NCBI GenBank assembly: GCA_041752695.1 | Contig: JBGSVZ010000028.1 | Span: forward strand, 11,299 to 75,298 | Length of the DNA: 64,000 bases | DNA from: Terrimicrobiaceae bacterium | Lineage (GTDB): Bacteria > Verrucomicrobiota > Verrucomicrobiia > Chthoniobacterales > Terrimicrobiaceae | Direction of reading: 5' to 3' | Shown here: positions 35,201-44,506 of the stretch, one piece after another | Layout of the letters: every line of letters begins with the position of its first letter | Numbering within the stretch: the first letter of the stretch is position 1 | Notes under the pieces: model-generated | What the model was told of the DNA's origin: nothing | What the model saw: the letters and a program-made list of their open reading frames with translations, nothing else | Databases searched by the model: none | Position numbers and translations under genes: made by a program

Positions 35201-37951
35201 CAGGTGTATGTGGTGAACTCCGCCCTCCAACTCCAGCCCGTCGGCACGCCGGGCGAGTTGCTCATCGGGGGTGATGGGCTTGCTTTGGATTATTTGAACC
35301 AACCGGCGCTGACGGCCGAGCGGTTTATCGCCAACCCTGTGAGCGGCGCTCCCTCCGCCCGGGTTTATCGCACTGGCGATCTGGCCCGGTGGCATTCCGA
35401 TGGTTCCCTCGAATGCCTCGGGCGACTTGATCATCAGATCAAACTTCGCGGCTACCGCATCGAGCCCGGCGAGATCGAATCGCTGCTGGAACGCTCGCCG
35501 GGGGTCGCGCAGGCCGTGGTGGATATTCGCGACGAACGCCTTGTCGCCTGGCTGCGGTTGGAAAAATCCGCCCTTCCCGCCGAGGGCTCGACGCAGTGGC
35601 AGGACAAATGGGAGTCCATTTTCCAGACCGCGATCTCGCAGTCCGGTGACTCGCAACTCGACCACCTCGACGCCGTCATCAATTCCTGGACCGGCGTGGA
35701 AAACGCCGCCGAGCAGGTCGAGGAATGGATCAGCGTCACGGTCGCCCGGATCCGTGAATTTCATCCCGTCCGTGTGTTCGAAATCGGCTGCGGGACCGGT
35801 CAGCTTTTGTCCCGCCTTGCGCCGAACACCGAAGTCTATTGGGCGGCAGACATCTCCCAAGCCGCCGTGGAGGCGCTGCAAAAAACCGTGACCCTCCCGC
35901 AGGTGAAGCTGTTCCAGCGTCCGGCGGACGATTTTGCCGAAATTCCCGACGGATTCTTTGACACGGTTATCATCAATTCCGTTGCCCAATATTTTCCAGG
36001 AGCCGAATACCTGCGACGCGTCCTGGCCGGCGCGCTGCGCGTTCTGAAACCCGGGGGAAGGGTTTTTCTCGGCGACATTCAAGGATTTGCCCTGCTGCCC
36101 GTGCATCATGCGGAGACTTTGCTGGTGCGCGAGGGTGGGGGAATGACCTGCGGCCAGTTTCGGGAAAAACTCAGCCATCGCCTTGAGCGGGAAAAAGAAC
36201 TGTGTCTGGATCCGGACTGGTTCGAGCTCCTGGAACTTCCGGGCCTTGCTCATCGGGAATTTTTCCTGCGCCGCGGAAGATTAGGCAACGAAACGACCGA
36301 CTACCATTACGACGTCGTGCTTCACGCGGGGCCTGCTCCTTCGCTCCTGGCCATTCCCGATTGGAAAACGTGGGATGGTCCGGTCGCATTCGAAAATCTT
36401 CTGGCCGGAGAATCTCGCGTTCTCGCGCTAAAGGATATTCCCGACGCCCGGCTCGCGCGGCAGCTTGGTTTTTATCGCGCAGTGCGGGATCTTCCGGCCG
36501 CGGCAGACGTGCCCGTGCCCACTCATCCGCCCGCGGATGCCGTCAGCGCTGAGGAGTTGTTTGCCGCGGCCGTGACCCTGGGCTATCGCGCTTTCGTGCG
36601 ATGGCAGGGCGACGGATTGTCCGGCTTGCTCGAAGCGGTTTTCCTTCCCTCCGGAAACGCGGCACGGCCTCTTTGGCCACGGGTCCTGACCGGCCATTCT
36701 CCCTCCGGACTGGCTAGCGTGCCCTGGCAGGAGAAGGCGGGGAACGAGCGGGAAGTCTTTGATCGTCTCCGCCGGGAACTGGCGGAACGTCTTCCCGATT
36801 ACATGATCCCGGGAATGATGGTTTCCGTTCGGGAGTTTCCGCTGACCCCCAATGGGAAAATCGACCGGCGGGCGCTGACCGTCACCATTTGCGGTGAGGC
36901 CTCGACGGGGGGGGAAGCGCCGGAGACCCCTCGGGAGAAGGAACTTGCGGTGCTCTGGGGGGAGATGCTGAACATCTCCGGCATAGGGCGGAACGACGAT
37001 TTTTTCGAACTGGGCGGACACTCGTTATTTGCCTTCCAATTGTTTGCTGAGATCCAGAAACGCCACGGCATCTCTTTGCCGTTGGCCAGTTTGTTTCGCG
37101 CGCCGACGTTGCGCGCGCTGGCGGAATTGCTTGACCGGGAGTTGAGTGGTGAAGCCACGGCGGTGCGAGAACTGGAATCCATTATTGCTCCCATTCAGGA
37201 AGAGGGCCACAAACCACCCTTCTTTTGCATCCATGGTGGCGATGGTGGCGTGATCTTTTATCGCGACTTGGCCCGGCACCTTCAACGGGATCGGCCCCTG
37301 CTTGCCGTTGAGTCCCCGGCCTTGAGCGGGGAGGGCGAAATCAAAGTTGAGTCTGTTGAAGATATGGCCGTGCGGTATCTGCAACTCTTGCGCCGTTGTC
37401 AGGAAACCGGTCCTTATTTTCTGGGTGGATATTCCTTTGGCGGGCTCGTGGCCTATGAAATGGCCTGCCAGTTGCACCAGCAGGGGGAGACGGTGGCGTT
37501 TCTTGCGCTCTTTGACACGATCTGTCCGACGGCTCCGAAAAGGCCTTATACCCTGCCGGAACGACTCGTCCGAAACTGGAACGCCGAGACGGAATTTCCC
37601 AAACGAGTCGCCCGCGTTTTGCGGCGGGCAAAAAACAAGGTCGTGCCATCTCCGACGCCGCGCGAAGTGCCCAGCAATGGAAGTGGGCGTGCGCACGAAT
37701 TGGGCAAAGCCCACGAGGCGTTGCATGAGGTCTACCGTCCGCGTCCGTATCCGGGCAAGGTGACACTTTTTAAGGCTCTCGCGGATGATGAGATTTTTAA
37801 ATTTCCCGAGGACTACGGCTGGGCCCGGCTCGCTGGTGAGGTCGAAATTGTCAGCATTCCCGGGCGGCACCTCACGGTATTTGACTCCGAGCATTTGCCG
37901 ATTTTTGGCGCGGAATTAAGGCAACGGATCGAAGATCTCGAAACAGCCTGA
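29261..37951 (+). CDS. Hybrid PKS-NRPS: KS-(AT absent)-ACP-class III aminotransferase-C-A(Gly, interrupted by MT)-T-TE
   Basis: KS TACSTS/EAHGTGT/VGHLD; ACP LGFDSL; AMT FDEVVTGFR and TYGKVLGGG; C HHLVCDG; A code DILQLGLIWK; MT EIGCGTG and INSVAQYFP; T LGGHSL; TE GYSFG. Confidence 0.95.
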   Translation: MSLPLDAIAIVGMSGRFPGAEDVNAFWNNLAGGRETITRFPEEETEFSMATAAARAKGATFVRARGILEGADLFDAEFFRIQPREAEIMDPQHRIFLECAWEAIESAGYNSETYPGLIGVYAGSSLSSYLLSNLNQTPEALAKFAGGYPVGDFSTMLGNERDYLPTRVAYKLNLRGPSMAIQTACSTSLVAVCQACTALQAYQCDMALAGGVSVTFPQKREYLYEEDGMISPDGVCRSFDAEAQGTVFSHGSGVVLLKRLADAEAAGDTVLAVIRGYALNNDGSEKIGFAAPGLHAQASVIASAQALADVDPASISYIEAHGTGTPLGDPIEVAALTKAFREGGSSGTGFCALGSAKTNVGHLDVAAGVTGLIKTILQLRHEFIPPLLHFRSPNPRIDFVGSPFFPADQPRSWPRAGAPRRAGVSSFGVGGTNAHVVIEEAPEVLLKAPARRSQLLLLSARSPAALQRMSERLAYHLEDQPGLDLADVSFTLAVGRKAFGYRRALVAASVAEAIRGLRESGTGIVSLPENPNRAATDLLAALSTAVDPAPLQALLGDLWVGGASPDWTVYFAAEKRRRVPLPTYPFERKRFWVEPASKMIEEIDGPAFEEEPAPAGDRRTPLLETLRDLVEELSGRMIEEDDTSFNELGFDSLLLTQVSQAVFTRFGVKVSFRQLLGDVSSLRILADHIDGKLPADAPTQQPVPGKPGSRLPVVRWPGTAGPALVASTRFGPYKSLQRESGDLTDHQRKALDDLIARYVRRTAGSKNCTAENRAHFADPRAVAGFHPLWKEMVYPIVADRSKGSTIWDIDGNAYVDLTMGFGTYFFGHSPDWLVSAVQAQLQKGIEIGPQSASAGAIARDICEFTGQERVTFCNTGSEAVMAALRLARLATGRTRVACFTGDYHGMFDEVLVRGSWVDGEYRAQPVAPGIPSSLVENMLVLDYGTPETLDILRRHAGELAAILVEPVQSRRPDWQPREFLQELRALATRSGAALIFDEVVTGFRCHPGGAQALFGVQADLATYGKVLGGGIPIGVVAGSRKFMDGLDGGDWKYGDDSGPETGMTFFAGTFVRHPLAMAAARAVLLHLREQGPGLQLRMTERTALLARTLNQNFTVAGVPLHMPHFSAVAGLEYAQELPHASLLWYYLREKGLHIWEGRPIYLTSAHTDADFDRVVSAFRDSVGEMQDAHFLPAAPAREALGMAAEFPRVDRSPTTEAQREIWTSASMGDDANRSFNEAITLTFTGPLDRPTLENSLLHIVQRHEALRSTFSADGMEQIFYPAPENVDLPITDLRALSAADRELRLAAECALCTAHVFDLTNGPLLLLRLIILEDQRLVLLVTAHHLVCDGWSLGMIVEELALSYNSGKACRLPMLPPPLPFGNYARALRGPQSENQKDRDYWISLFADGTPTLELPLDRPRPALKTYAGGMETLVVDAGRFARLQKASPRLGGTLFSTLLSVFATLLHRLSGQNDLVIGVPSAGQTLAGSRELIGHCLNFLPLRLRCEEGQAFRAFAEAASRVVIEAYEHQNYTFGSLVRELRLPRDASRLPLVSVMFNIDKSGFDRLSFDGLDFRVGTNAKQFVNFDLFFNLAQSDDRLEVECEYNTDLFDAATIQRWLASFESLIEGVLNDGASTLETLPVLSEAEKDMLAGWNATTCGCPGDRGVHELVASMAAALPDKTAVRCGSSSLSYRDLDQGANRLAAHLQSVGVASGDLVGLCAKRSPEMVVGLLGILKAGAAYVPMDPDFPAQRLGLMVEDTRMRVLVTERDLLDQLSPHHALTVLLDVPLAEPPADFAPVSVGGENPAYVIFTSGSTGRPKGVRIPHRALGNFLTSMRCEPGLTVDDTLLSVTTLSFDISGLEIFLPLTTGATVVLAARETVMDGYLLRDELAQSGATVMQATPATWRLLLEAGWRGDKNLKILIGGEAVPRELVNQLVPLCGSLWNLYGPTETTIWSTVARMESGNTPVRIGRPIDNTQVYVVNSALQLQPVGTPGELLIGGDGLALDYLNQPALTAERFIANPVSGAPSARVYRTGDLARWHSDGSLECLGRLDHQIKLRGYRIEPGEIESLLERSPGVAQAVVDIRDERLVAWLRLEKSALPAEGSTQWQDKWESIFQTAISQSGDSQLDHLDAVINSWTGVENAAEQVEEWISVTVARIREFHPVRVFEIGCGTGQLLSRLAPNTEVYWAADISQAAVEALQKTVTLPQVKLFQRPADDFAEIPDGFFDTVIINSVAQYFPGAEYLRRVLAGALRVLKPGGRVFLGDIQGFALLPVHHAETLLVREGGGMTCGQFREKLSHRLEREKELCLDPDWFELLELPGLAHREFFLRRGRLGNETTDYHYDVVLHAGPAPSLLAIPDWKTWDGPVAFENLLAGESRVLALKDIPDARLARQLGFYRAVRDLPAAADVPVPTHPPADAVSAEELFAAAVTLGYRAFVRWQGDGLSGLLEAVFLPSGNAARPLWPRVLTGHSPSGLASVPWQEKAGNEREVFDRLRRELAERLPDYMIPGMMVSVREFPLTPNGKIDRRALTVTICGEASTGGEAPETPREKELAVLWGEMLNISGIGRNDDFFELGGHSLFAFQLFAEIQKRHGISLPLASLFRAPTLRALAELLDRELSGEATAVRELESIIAPIQEEGHKPPFFCIHGGDGGVIFYRDLARHLQRDRPLLAVESPALSGEGEIKVESVEDMAVRYLQLLRRCQETGPYFLGGYSFGGLVAYEMACQLHQQGETVAFLALFDTICPTAPKRPYTLPERLVRNWNAETEFPKRVARVLRRAKNKVVPSPTPREVPSNGSGRAHELGKAHEALHEVYRPRPYPGKVTLFKALADDEIFKFPEDYGWARLAGEVEIVSIPGRHLTVFDSEHLPIFGAELRQRIEDLETA

Positions 37952-37974
37952 CCGTTCTGCTACGCTGCCGCTCC

Positions 37975-39093
37975 ATGAGTCGCCGCCTGATCCTTTTCAC
38001 CAGCCTGCCGCGCGTGGGCGGGCACTCGACGCTCACCTACGGCCTTTGTCGGCTGTTGCGTCCGCACTTCGACGCCATCGAGGTATGGTGCAAGACGATG
38101 CCGGAACACGGCCATTCCGCGGCAGTAGCCGCACAGATCGAGGGCCTGGGTTGCCGGGTTGTTTTGCTCAGCGATGAACAGGGGCGGTTGCGGTGGCGGA
38201 CGCTTGCCTCCGCGGTGGCGAGGGCATGGCGAGACCGGCCAACGGTCTTTTTTGCCCTTGCCATGCGGCACCTCTCCGTGCTGCTCGCCGTTCTCGTTGC
38301 GGCGAAAAACTCCATCTACTATCACATCACCCACGACCTCAATCCGGGCACGATCAAGCGGCTGAATTTTTATGCCAGGGTTTTTCAACGCATGGTTTTT
38401 ATCTGCCCGGCGACCTACGACAATTTTCCCGGAGCGGCCAGCAATCCACAGTTCACCTGGGTGCCGCAGTCGTCGGAGATTCCTGTGCGCGAACCGGAGA
38501 AACTCGCCGCGGAACGAGAGGCGCGGGTCATCCCGGACGGGCCCATCCGCCTTGGTCTTATTGGGCGTCTCACGCAGGACAAGGGCAGTGCGGCCATGAT
38601 CGATTTCATTGATACGACAAAGTCCATCTGCGAGTTCCACGTCGCTGGTGTGGGGCCCTTCGCCGCCGCGTTTCAAGAGCGGGAGTGCCGGACGGGACCT
38701 GTCACAGTGAATTTTCACGGCGCGTATGATCCCGCCGAGCGCGAAGCGTTTCTGCGCAAATTTTTCGGCGGTATCGACCTCCTCCTCGTTCCTTCGCAGG
38801 ACGAATGGGAAACCCTTTCCATGGCGGCCCTTGAATCGATCCAGCACGGTGTGCCCGCCTTGCTCTGCCGCACCGGGGGCCTCGCCTCCTTCGCTCACGC
38901 GCAGCTCGGTCCGGCTGCTGAAGAGGTGGTGCGGTTGGTGAGTCCCCAAGATTATGCCGAAACTTTGGAGAATCTGGCGCAACAGCCTCGACGTCCGCAG
39001 GCCGGGATGGTCATGCCGTGCCGGGACTATTATGAGCAATTCTTCAGTGATTCCGCCGTCTTGCAGCGCTGGCTGGCTGTGCTGATTCGCTGA
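37975..39093 (+). CDS. Glycosyltransferase, GT-B fold (GT4-like)
   Basis: IGRLTQDKG, DLLLVPS..WETLSMAALESIQHGVP; 24 nt after the PKS-NRPS stop. Confidence 0.85.
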   Translation: MSRRLILFTSLPRVGGHSTLTYGLCRLLRPHFDAIEVWCKTMPEHGHSAAVAAQIEGLGCRVVLLSDEQGRLRWRTLASAVARAWRDRPTVFFALAMRHLSVLLAVLVAAKNSIYYHITHDLNPGTIKRLNFYARVFQRMVFICPATYDNFPGAASNPQFTWVPQSSEIPVREPEKLAAEREARVIPDGPIRLGLIGRLTQDKGSAAMIDFIDTTKSICEFHVAGVGPFAAAFQERECRTGPVTVNFHGAYDPAEREAFLRKFFGGIDLLLVPSQDEWETLSMAALESIQHGVPALLCRTGGLASFAHAQLGPAAEEVVRLVSPQDYAETLENLAQQPRRPQAGMVMPCRDYYEQFFSDSAVLQRWLAVLIR

Positions 39094-39179
39094 GAGTATG
39101 TCCGGGCCTTCCATTCGTGCCGACGCACGAAATCAGGAATAATCCTTAAGCCTATCATCCAAAGGACTGAACCTGCCGT

Positions 39180-42100
39180 CTACGGCTGGTGAATTTTGGA
39201 AACGGCACTAGCTTTTTGGATCGTTAGCGCCAGCAGGTTGGCCTTGATCGGTTTGTTCAAGTAGCCATCCATTCCGACTTCAAAACATTGACGGCGATTG
39301 ACCGCCACAATGTTGGCCGTGAGGGCTGAGATAAAGGTGCGCTTGCTGCCGAGGCTGGAGTTTTCAATGGCCCGAATTTCGATCGTTGCCTGGATGCCGT
39401 CTTTCTTGGGCATCTGGAGATCCATGAGAATGCAATCGGGACGTTTCTGACGGAAGACTTCCACTGCCTCATTGCCGTCTGTGGCCACGAGTGGCTCATA
39501 GCCAAGTTTGCGCAGAACCATGAGCATGAGTTTGAGGTTCACCAGGTCGTCCTCCACCAAGAGGATTTGCAATGGGTGCTTGTCGACAAACGTCTCGTCG
39601 AGAATTTCGATGGGGGGTTCCTCGCTGGTTGGTGCCTCGGGATGCGGGACGTCGAGGGGAAGGGTGACGGTAAATTCGGAGCCGGTGCCGATTGTACTTT
39701 GCACCCGGAGTGTTCCCCCCATGAGTTCCACCAGATTTCTTGAAATCGCCAGCCCCAGCCCTGTGCCGCCATATCGGCGAGATATGCTAAAGTCGGCCTG
39801 GACAAACGGTTTGAAGATATTCGCGAGATCCTTTTCCGGAATTCCCGGTCCCGTATCCCTCACAAAAAAATCGATGTCCTGCTGCCCGTCTTTCAGGGAT
39901 TCTTTCGAAGGCCGGGTTCCGAAGGTGATCGACCCGTTCGCGGTGAATTTAATGGCGTTGCTGGCGAGGTTGAGCAGGACCTGGCGCAAGCGGCCGGCAT
40001 CATTCCAGAGGTGCTCAGGCGTGCCGTCATCCAAGGTCAATTCGAACTCCAACCCCTTGTCTTGGGCCAGCGGAGCCAGCATGGCATGGATATCCTGCAG
40101 GATTTCAAGAGGGGAGCAGAGGGACGGTTCGATGGTCAGGCGTCCTGCCTCCAGACGGCTGAAGTCCAAAACGTCATCGAGGATGCGCAGCAAAGACTGG
40201 CCGCTGAAGCGAATGGTTTGCGCCATCTCACTTGATTCCTGCGGCAGGTTGGGTGTTTGGGCCAGCAACTCGGCGAATCCGAGGATGCTGTTCAGAGGCG
40301 TCCGGACCTCATGACTCATCACCGCGAGGAATTCGCTTTTCGCGCGTTCGCCGGCCCGGGCTTTTTCGGCGAGTTCCTTTTCCTGGGCCAGGGCTTCGGC
40401 AAGCTTGGTCTCGCGCACGCGTTTTTCCGTCACATCCCAATTGACACCGACGATTCGTGTCGGGTGACCCGAGGCATCACGCATGATGCTGCCTTCGGCG
40501 CGAATGAAATGCTGTGTTCCGTCGTCGATCCGATGGATTCGAAACTCGGTATTGAAGGCGTTTCTGCCGCTATCCATTGACTCTTTGATCGCCGCGTTCA
40601 CGCGGTCACGGTCTTCGGGATCGATGGCGCTCTCCCAGATCTCGAAGGGAAATTCCTTTTCCCACCCGAGGCCATAGAGGGCCAGAACTTTGTCGTCCGC
40701 CTCCACCTTGTCCGTGTGCAGATCGTGTTCCCAGATGCCGGCATTGCTGGCCTTCATGGCAAGTTGCAAACGTTCAAGCGTGCGTTTCAGGATCTCTTGG
40801 GATTTTTTACGTTCGGTAATGTCGCGTTGTATGCCAATGAAACGTGTCGGCGCGCCTCCCTTGCCGGGGATCGGAGCAATCGAGAGTTCGTTCCAGAAGG
40901 GCTGGCCGTTCTTGCGATAGTTCAGAACCTCTCCTTCAAAAGGTTTCAGCGCTCTGAGCGCGCGGCGAATTTTCCGGATCGTTTCCGGATTGGTCTCGGG
41001 CCCTTGCAGGAAAGCGCAATTCCGGCCCAGAATCTCGCCTTCTTCATAGCCGGTCAGTTTGGAAAAACTGGCGTTGGCATAAGTGATCAATTGTTTCTCG
41101 TCGCTGACCAGAACGCCTTGGGAAACTTCGGCCAGCGCTTGCTCACGCAGACGCAAAGCCTGCTCGGCCATTTTGCGATCCGTGATGTCGCGCACATTGC
41201 ACTGGATGACTTTATGGCCGTTGACCCGGTAGACGTTGCTGACAAATTCCACGTCGATTCTCCGGCCATCGCTCGTTTCCACGGGTAGGTCCTCGTAGCG
41301 GAGGTATTCCTTCCGCTTTAATTCCGCGAAATGCTCTTCGTTGGCCAGGATGTCCTTAAAAAAGCCAAGATCCCAGATCGTCTTGCCCAGAAACTGCGCA
41401 TGGGAAAATCCGAGCAATGCGATCAAGAAGGGATTCACGTCCACGACCATTCCCGTATCCGCGTCGAGAATCAGAATCCCATCCTTGGCGCTCTCGAAGA
41501 GCCGCCGGTAACGCAACTCCGAGGCGGTATGCGCCTCGGTGCGGGCAAAGTTTTCCAATGCAAACGAGACATCACTCGCGGCATCCACCAGCAACGCGAT
41601 CTCTTTGTCTTGGAAAAAATTCGTCTCAGCCGCGTAAACACAGAGCACGCCGCAGACTTCCTCCTTGATGTGAATGGGAAAAGCTGCGCAACCGTGGAGG
41701 TCGTGCTGTTTCACTTGTTCACGCCATAAGAGCATGACCGGATCCGTGAACGTGTCGTTGCAAATGTACGGTTGGTTCTCCCGGAATGCCGTTCCGGCCG
41801 GACCCCGACTCTCCGGCCGGTCATCGGTGTAAATTCTGATCGTGCGCAGATACCCACTGTCATCTCCCCAAATGGCCACGGGTTCCAGGAGACGGTTTTT
41901 TGCATCATGCCATCCGATCCAGGCACTCCGGAATCCGCCATGTTTGACGAGTGCCTGGCAGACTTTCTCAAATAGTTCGCTGCGGGTTGGCGTCCGGGCA
42001 ATGGCTTGATTGATCTGGCTGAGCGCGGCATAGAGGCGGCTGAGACGGACAATTTCTCGCTCATGGGTATTGAGGGTCGTGACGTCGGTGCGGATGGCCA

Positions 42101-42470
42101 CGTAGCGAAGGGGTTTTCCCTTGACGTCGAGAAAAGGCACAATCGTGGTGTCCATCCAGAAGAGCGAACCATCCTTGGCGCGATTTTTAATCTCTCCCTT
42201 CCAGACTTCGCCACGTTCGATGGTCAGCCACAGATCGTGCATGAATTTTTTCGGGTGAAATCCTGAATTGATGATCCGGTGATCCTGGCCGATCAGTTCC
42301 TCGCGCGAATACTTGGAAATCGCGCAGAACTTGTCGTTAACGTAGGTGATTTTTCCCAGGGTATCGGTGATGGCGACGATGGCATGTTCGTCGAGCGCGG
42401 CTCTGAGGTCCTTGACTTCCTTGAGGAGGGGTTCTTCGTCCAGATATCCCGAGTCTTTCCGAGGGGACAT
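39180..42470 (-). CDS. Hybrid sensor histidine kinase/response regulator with PAS and GAF domains
   Basis: Several PAS/PAC motifs (one [11 protein letters not shown]-like), GAF, H-box [32 protein letters not shown], receiver MDLQMP; start may lie upstream, up to 42611. Confidence 0.93.
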   Translation of the reverse strand: MSPRKDSGYLDEEPLLKEVKDLRAALDEHAIVAITDTLGKITYVNDKFCAISKYSREELIGQDHRIINSGFHPKKFMHDLWLTIERGEVWKGEIKNRAKDGSLFWMDTTIVPFLDVKGKPLRYVAIRTDVTTLNTHEREIVRLSRLYAALSQINQAIARTPTRSELFEKVCQALVKHGGFRSAWIGWHDAKNRLLEPVAIWGDDSGYLRTIRIYTDDRPESRGPAGTAFRENQPYICNDTFTDPVMLLWREQVKQHDLHGCAAFPIHIKEEVCGVLCVYAAETNFFQDKEIALLVDAASDVSFALENFARTEAHTASELRYRRLFESAKDGILILDADTGMVVDVNPFLIALLGFSHAQFLGKTIWDLGFFKDILANEEHFAELKRKEYLRYEDLPVETSDGRRIDVEFVSNVYRVNGHKVIQCNVRDITDRKMAEQALRLREQALAEVSQGVLVSDEKQLITYANASFSKLTGYEEGEILGRNCAFLQGPETNPETIRKIRRALRALKPFEGEVLNYRKNGQPFWNELSIAPIPGKGGAPTRFIGIQRDITERKKSQEILKRTLERLQLAMKASNAGIWEHDLHTDKVEADDKVLALYGLGWEKEFPFEIWESAIDPEDRDRVNAAIKESMDSGRNAFNTEFRIHRIDDGTQHFIRAEGSIMRDASGHPTRIVGVNWDVTEKRVRETKLAEALAQEKELAEKARAGERAKSEFLAVMSHEVRTPLNSILGFAELLAQTPNLPQESSEMAQTIRFSGQSLLRILDDVLDFSRLEAGRLTIEPSLCSPLEILQDIHAMLAPLAQDKGLEFELTLDDGTPEHLWNDAGRLRQVLLNLASNAIKFTANGSITFGTRPSKESLKDGQQDIDFFVRDTGPGIPEKDLANIFKPFVQADFSISRRYGGTGLGLAISRNLVELMGGTLRVQSTIGTGSEFTVTLPLDVPHPEAPTSEEPPIEILDETFVDKHPLQILLVEDDLVNLKLMLMVLRKLGYEPLVATDGNEAVEVFRQKRPDCILMDLQMPKKDGIQATIEIRAIENSSLGSKRTFISALTANIVAVNRRQCFEVGMDGYLNKPIKANLLALTIQKASAVSKIHQP

Positions 42471-42939
42471 CCGCTTTCCTTCGCCCGCAGGCGATTTGCC
42501 ACAGGTATCCCCGGGACCTGATATCCATCGTTCCGTTACTGTTTCCAGTTTCGGAAATTTCGATTTGGGTTTCATCATGGCGTGCGGCAATTCGCGCACG
42601 GGGAGGACCAACCTATGTGATGCTAGATCAACTCTAGGCCGATGGAAAGAAAGAACCGCCGACGGGGTCCTGACTATCTCGCATCGAAAGAGGACAAGGA
42701 CCCTATGGGGTCATGGCCAAAGTATCCCGGCCAGGACGGCCACTTCGCAGGCACGTTGCCCAAAAAGCGGATGGGGAGGCCTCCATCCTCCACCTGAACC
42801 TCCACGTACCCTCCTGGGAGCATGGCGGGCACGGCGAGTAGGGGGAGGTTCAGGGGTAGGTGTATGTCTTCTCGCATCCCGGCTAGCTTGTCATTGGTCA
42901 AAAGTGCAGCCATTCTGGGATCCCTGATCCATCAGGAAA

Positions 42940-43383
42940 ATGCCTAACCCCATCTCCCGGCTGATTCTTGTCATTTCCCTCGTCGCCGCAGGCTCTCTGG
43001 TTGCTTCCACGCCTGAACAAGAAAAGGCGTTTGTCGAGGCCTACAAAAAGGCCTTCGAGGCCAAGGATGAAAAAACCCTAGCGACTTTCCTTTCGAGCAA
43101 AGGTGCCGACCCGATGGTGCTGGAGTTTTATTCGATGATGATGACGGAGGGAGCGGGTTCAAAAATTGCTTCCATTGAACTTCTCGATCTCACGCCGGAA
43201 GAGGCGAAGGAAGCCGGTGGAGTCAAGGAAGGCCCCGGCGGCACCGATATCAAATTCCCGATCAAGCCCACCAAACGGCTTGTCATCAAGATTACTGACC
43301 GTGGCAATACGAGCACCAGCAGGGTGTTTGTGGCCGAATCCAACGGAAAACTGGTCATTCCAGTCCCCGCTCCCGTAAAGTAG
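42940..43383 (+). CDS. Secreted hypothetical protein
   Basis: Signal peptide; protein-like composition. Confidence 0.72.
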   Translation: MPNPISRLILVISLVAAGSLVASTPEQEKAFVEAYKKAFEAKDEKTLATFLSSKGADPMVLEFYSMMMTEGAGSKIASIELLDLTPEEAKEAGGVKEGPGGTDIKFPIKPTKRLVIKITDRGNTSTSRVFVAESNGKLVIPVPAPVK

Positions 43384-43427
43384 CAGGCCACTCTCGCTCG
43401 GTAACGTCCGGGGCCTTCCCGCTTACC

Positions 43428-44435
43428 TTATTCGGCAAGCTTGATTTCGACGCCGGAAGGATTGGCCGTGATCTCGGCTGGCATAAATCCCGGGTCCATG
43501 TAAAGAATCGTGAGTGCCCGGTCTTCCTTAGTCAGGGTCACTGTCCCGCCGACGGGTGCGATGCTCGCTGCGGTTTCTTTCCACCCGGCGGAAACCAAGG
43601 CCTTGCGCAGCGCTTCCACGGCGGCTTTGCCCTTGTTGGCGGGAAGATTAAGTTTCAGTTGGGTTTTGGTCAGAGCCTTCGACGTGGTTCCTGTGGGCAG
43701 TTTCAGGGATACGGTTGCTTTTGGCGCGGCGGCTTCCTTGGCGAGCTTTTCTCTGAGAGAAGCCATGCCCACCGCAACACGCTGTTTTTCGTCCGAGACT
43801 TCCTCCGCTGCGCTGTAGAGTACTGTTGTGCGAAGTTTTTCGTCCGTGAGAACCATCTCAATTCGGATCATTTCGCCCTTAGGACTTTGAAAAATGATCG
43901 AGTAAACAAAGTCTGATTTGTCGGGTTTCGCCATGGTCGTGGACCATTCCGTAGGAGCCAGCGCTTTCCGGTAGAACTCCGCCACGTCGTCCGGTGTCAG
44001 GGCGGCGAGAAAACTCAGACGTTTGGCGGAGTCGTTGTATTGAACGTCCTCCGTGTTCGGCGGCAGGGGCAGGTCGGTCGCCATGGACTCGCTGTTAAAA
44101 GAAATCATGGAGGCTCCGCTCTGGCGGGCCGAGGCTTGTACGGTGACTAATAGTCGGGTTTTGTCGCGTTTGTAGTAGCGCGTGTTGCCAGCAAAACCGT
44201 AAGGAACCCAACCTTGACCAAGCAACAGCTTCTCACAGGCCTCAGCCGTTGCAGCAGCCGGAGCTGCCATCGAGAAGATGCCCGAGTTGGCATCCACGAA
44301 AACCTTTTTGGCTCCCGGAGGCAGGGGAAGTTTGGAGAAATCCACCCGGGCAGCTTGGGCTGGCAAATGGATCAGCCCCAGAAGCGCGAAGATGAGAAAC
44401 GGCCGGGCCGTGGAGGAGCGGGCAGGAGTGTTCAT
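43428..44435 (-). CDS. Secreted hypothetical protein with repeated alpha/beta units
   Basis: Signal peptide ending AQA; recurring LPLPP...L...GW / FYRKALA...W motifs. Confidence 0.7.
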   Translation of the reverse strand: MNTPARSSTARPFLIFALLGLIHLPAQAARVDFSKLPLPPGAKKVFVDANSGIFSMAAPAAATAEACEKLLLGQGWVPYGFAGNTRYYKRDKTRLLVTVQASARQSGASMISFNSESMATDLPLPPNTEDVQYNDSAKRLSFLAALTPDDVAEFYRKALAPTEWSTTMAKPDKSDFVYSIIFQSPKGEMIRIEMVLTDEKLRTTVLYSAAEEVSDEKQRVAVGMASLREKLAKEAAAPKATVSLKLPTGTTSKALTKTQLKLNLPANKGKAAVEALRKALVSAGWKETAASIAPVGGTVTLTKEDRALTILYMDPGFMPAEITANPSGVEIKLAE

Positions 44436-44506
44436 GGATCGGTGGCAAAGTGCGGCTTCGAACCGGTGCGAAGCGATTGCAGAAATCCTGCAGGAATCCA
44501 AGCCCC

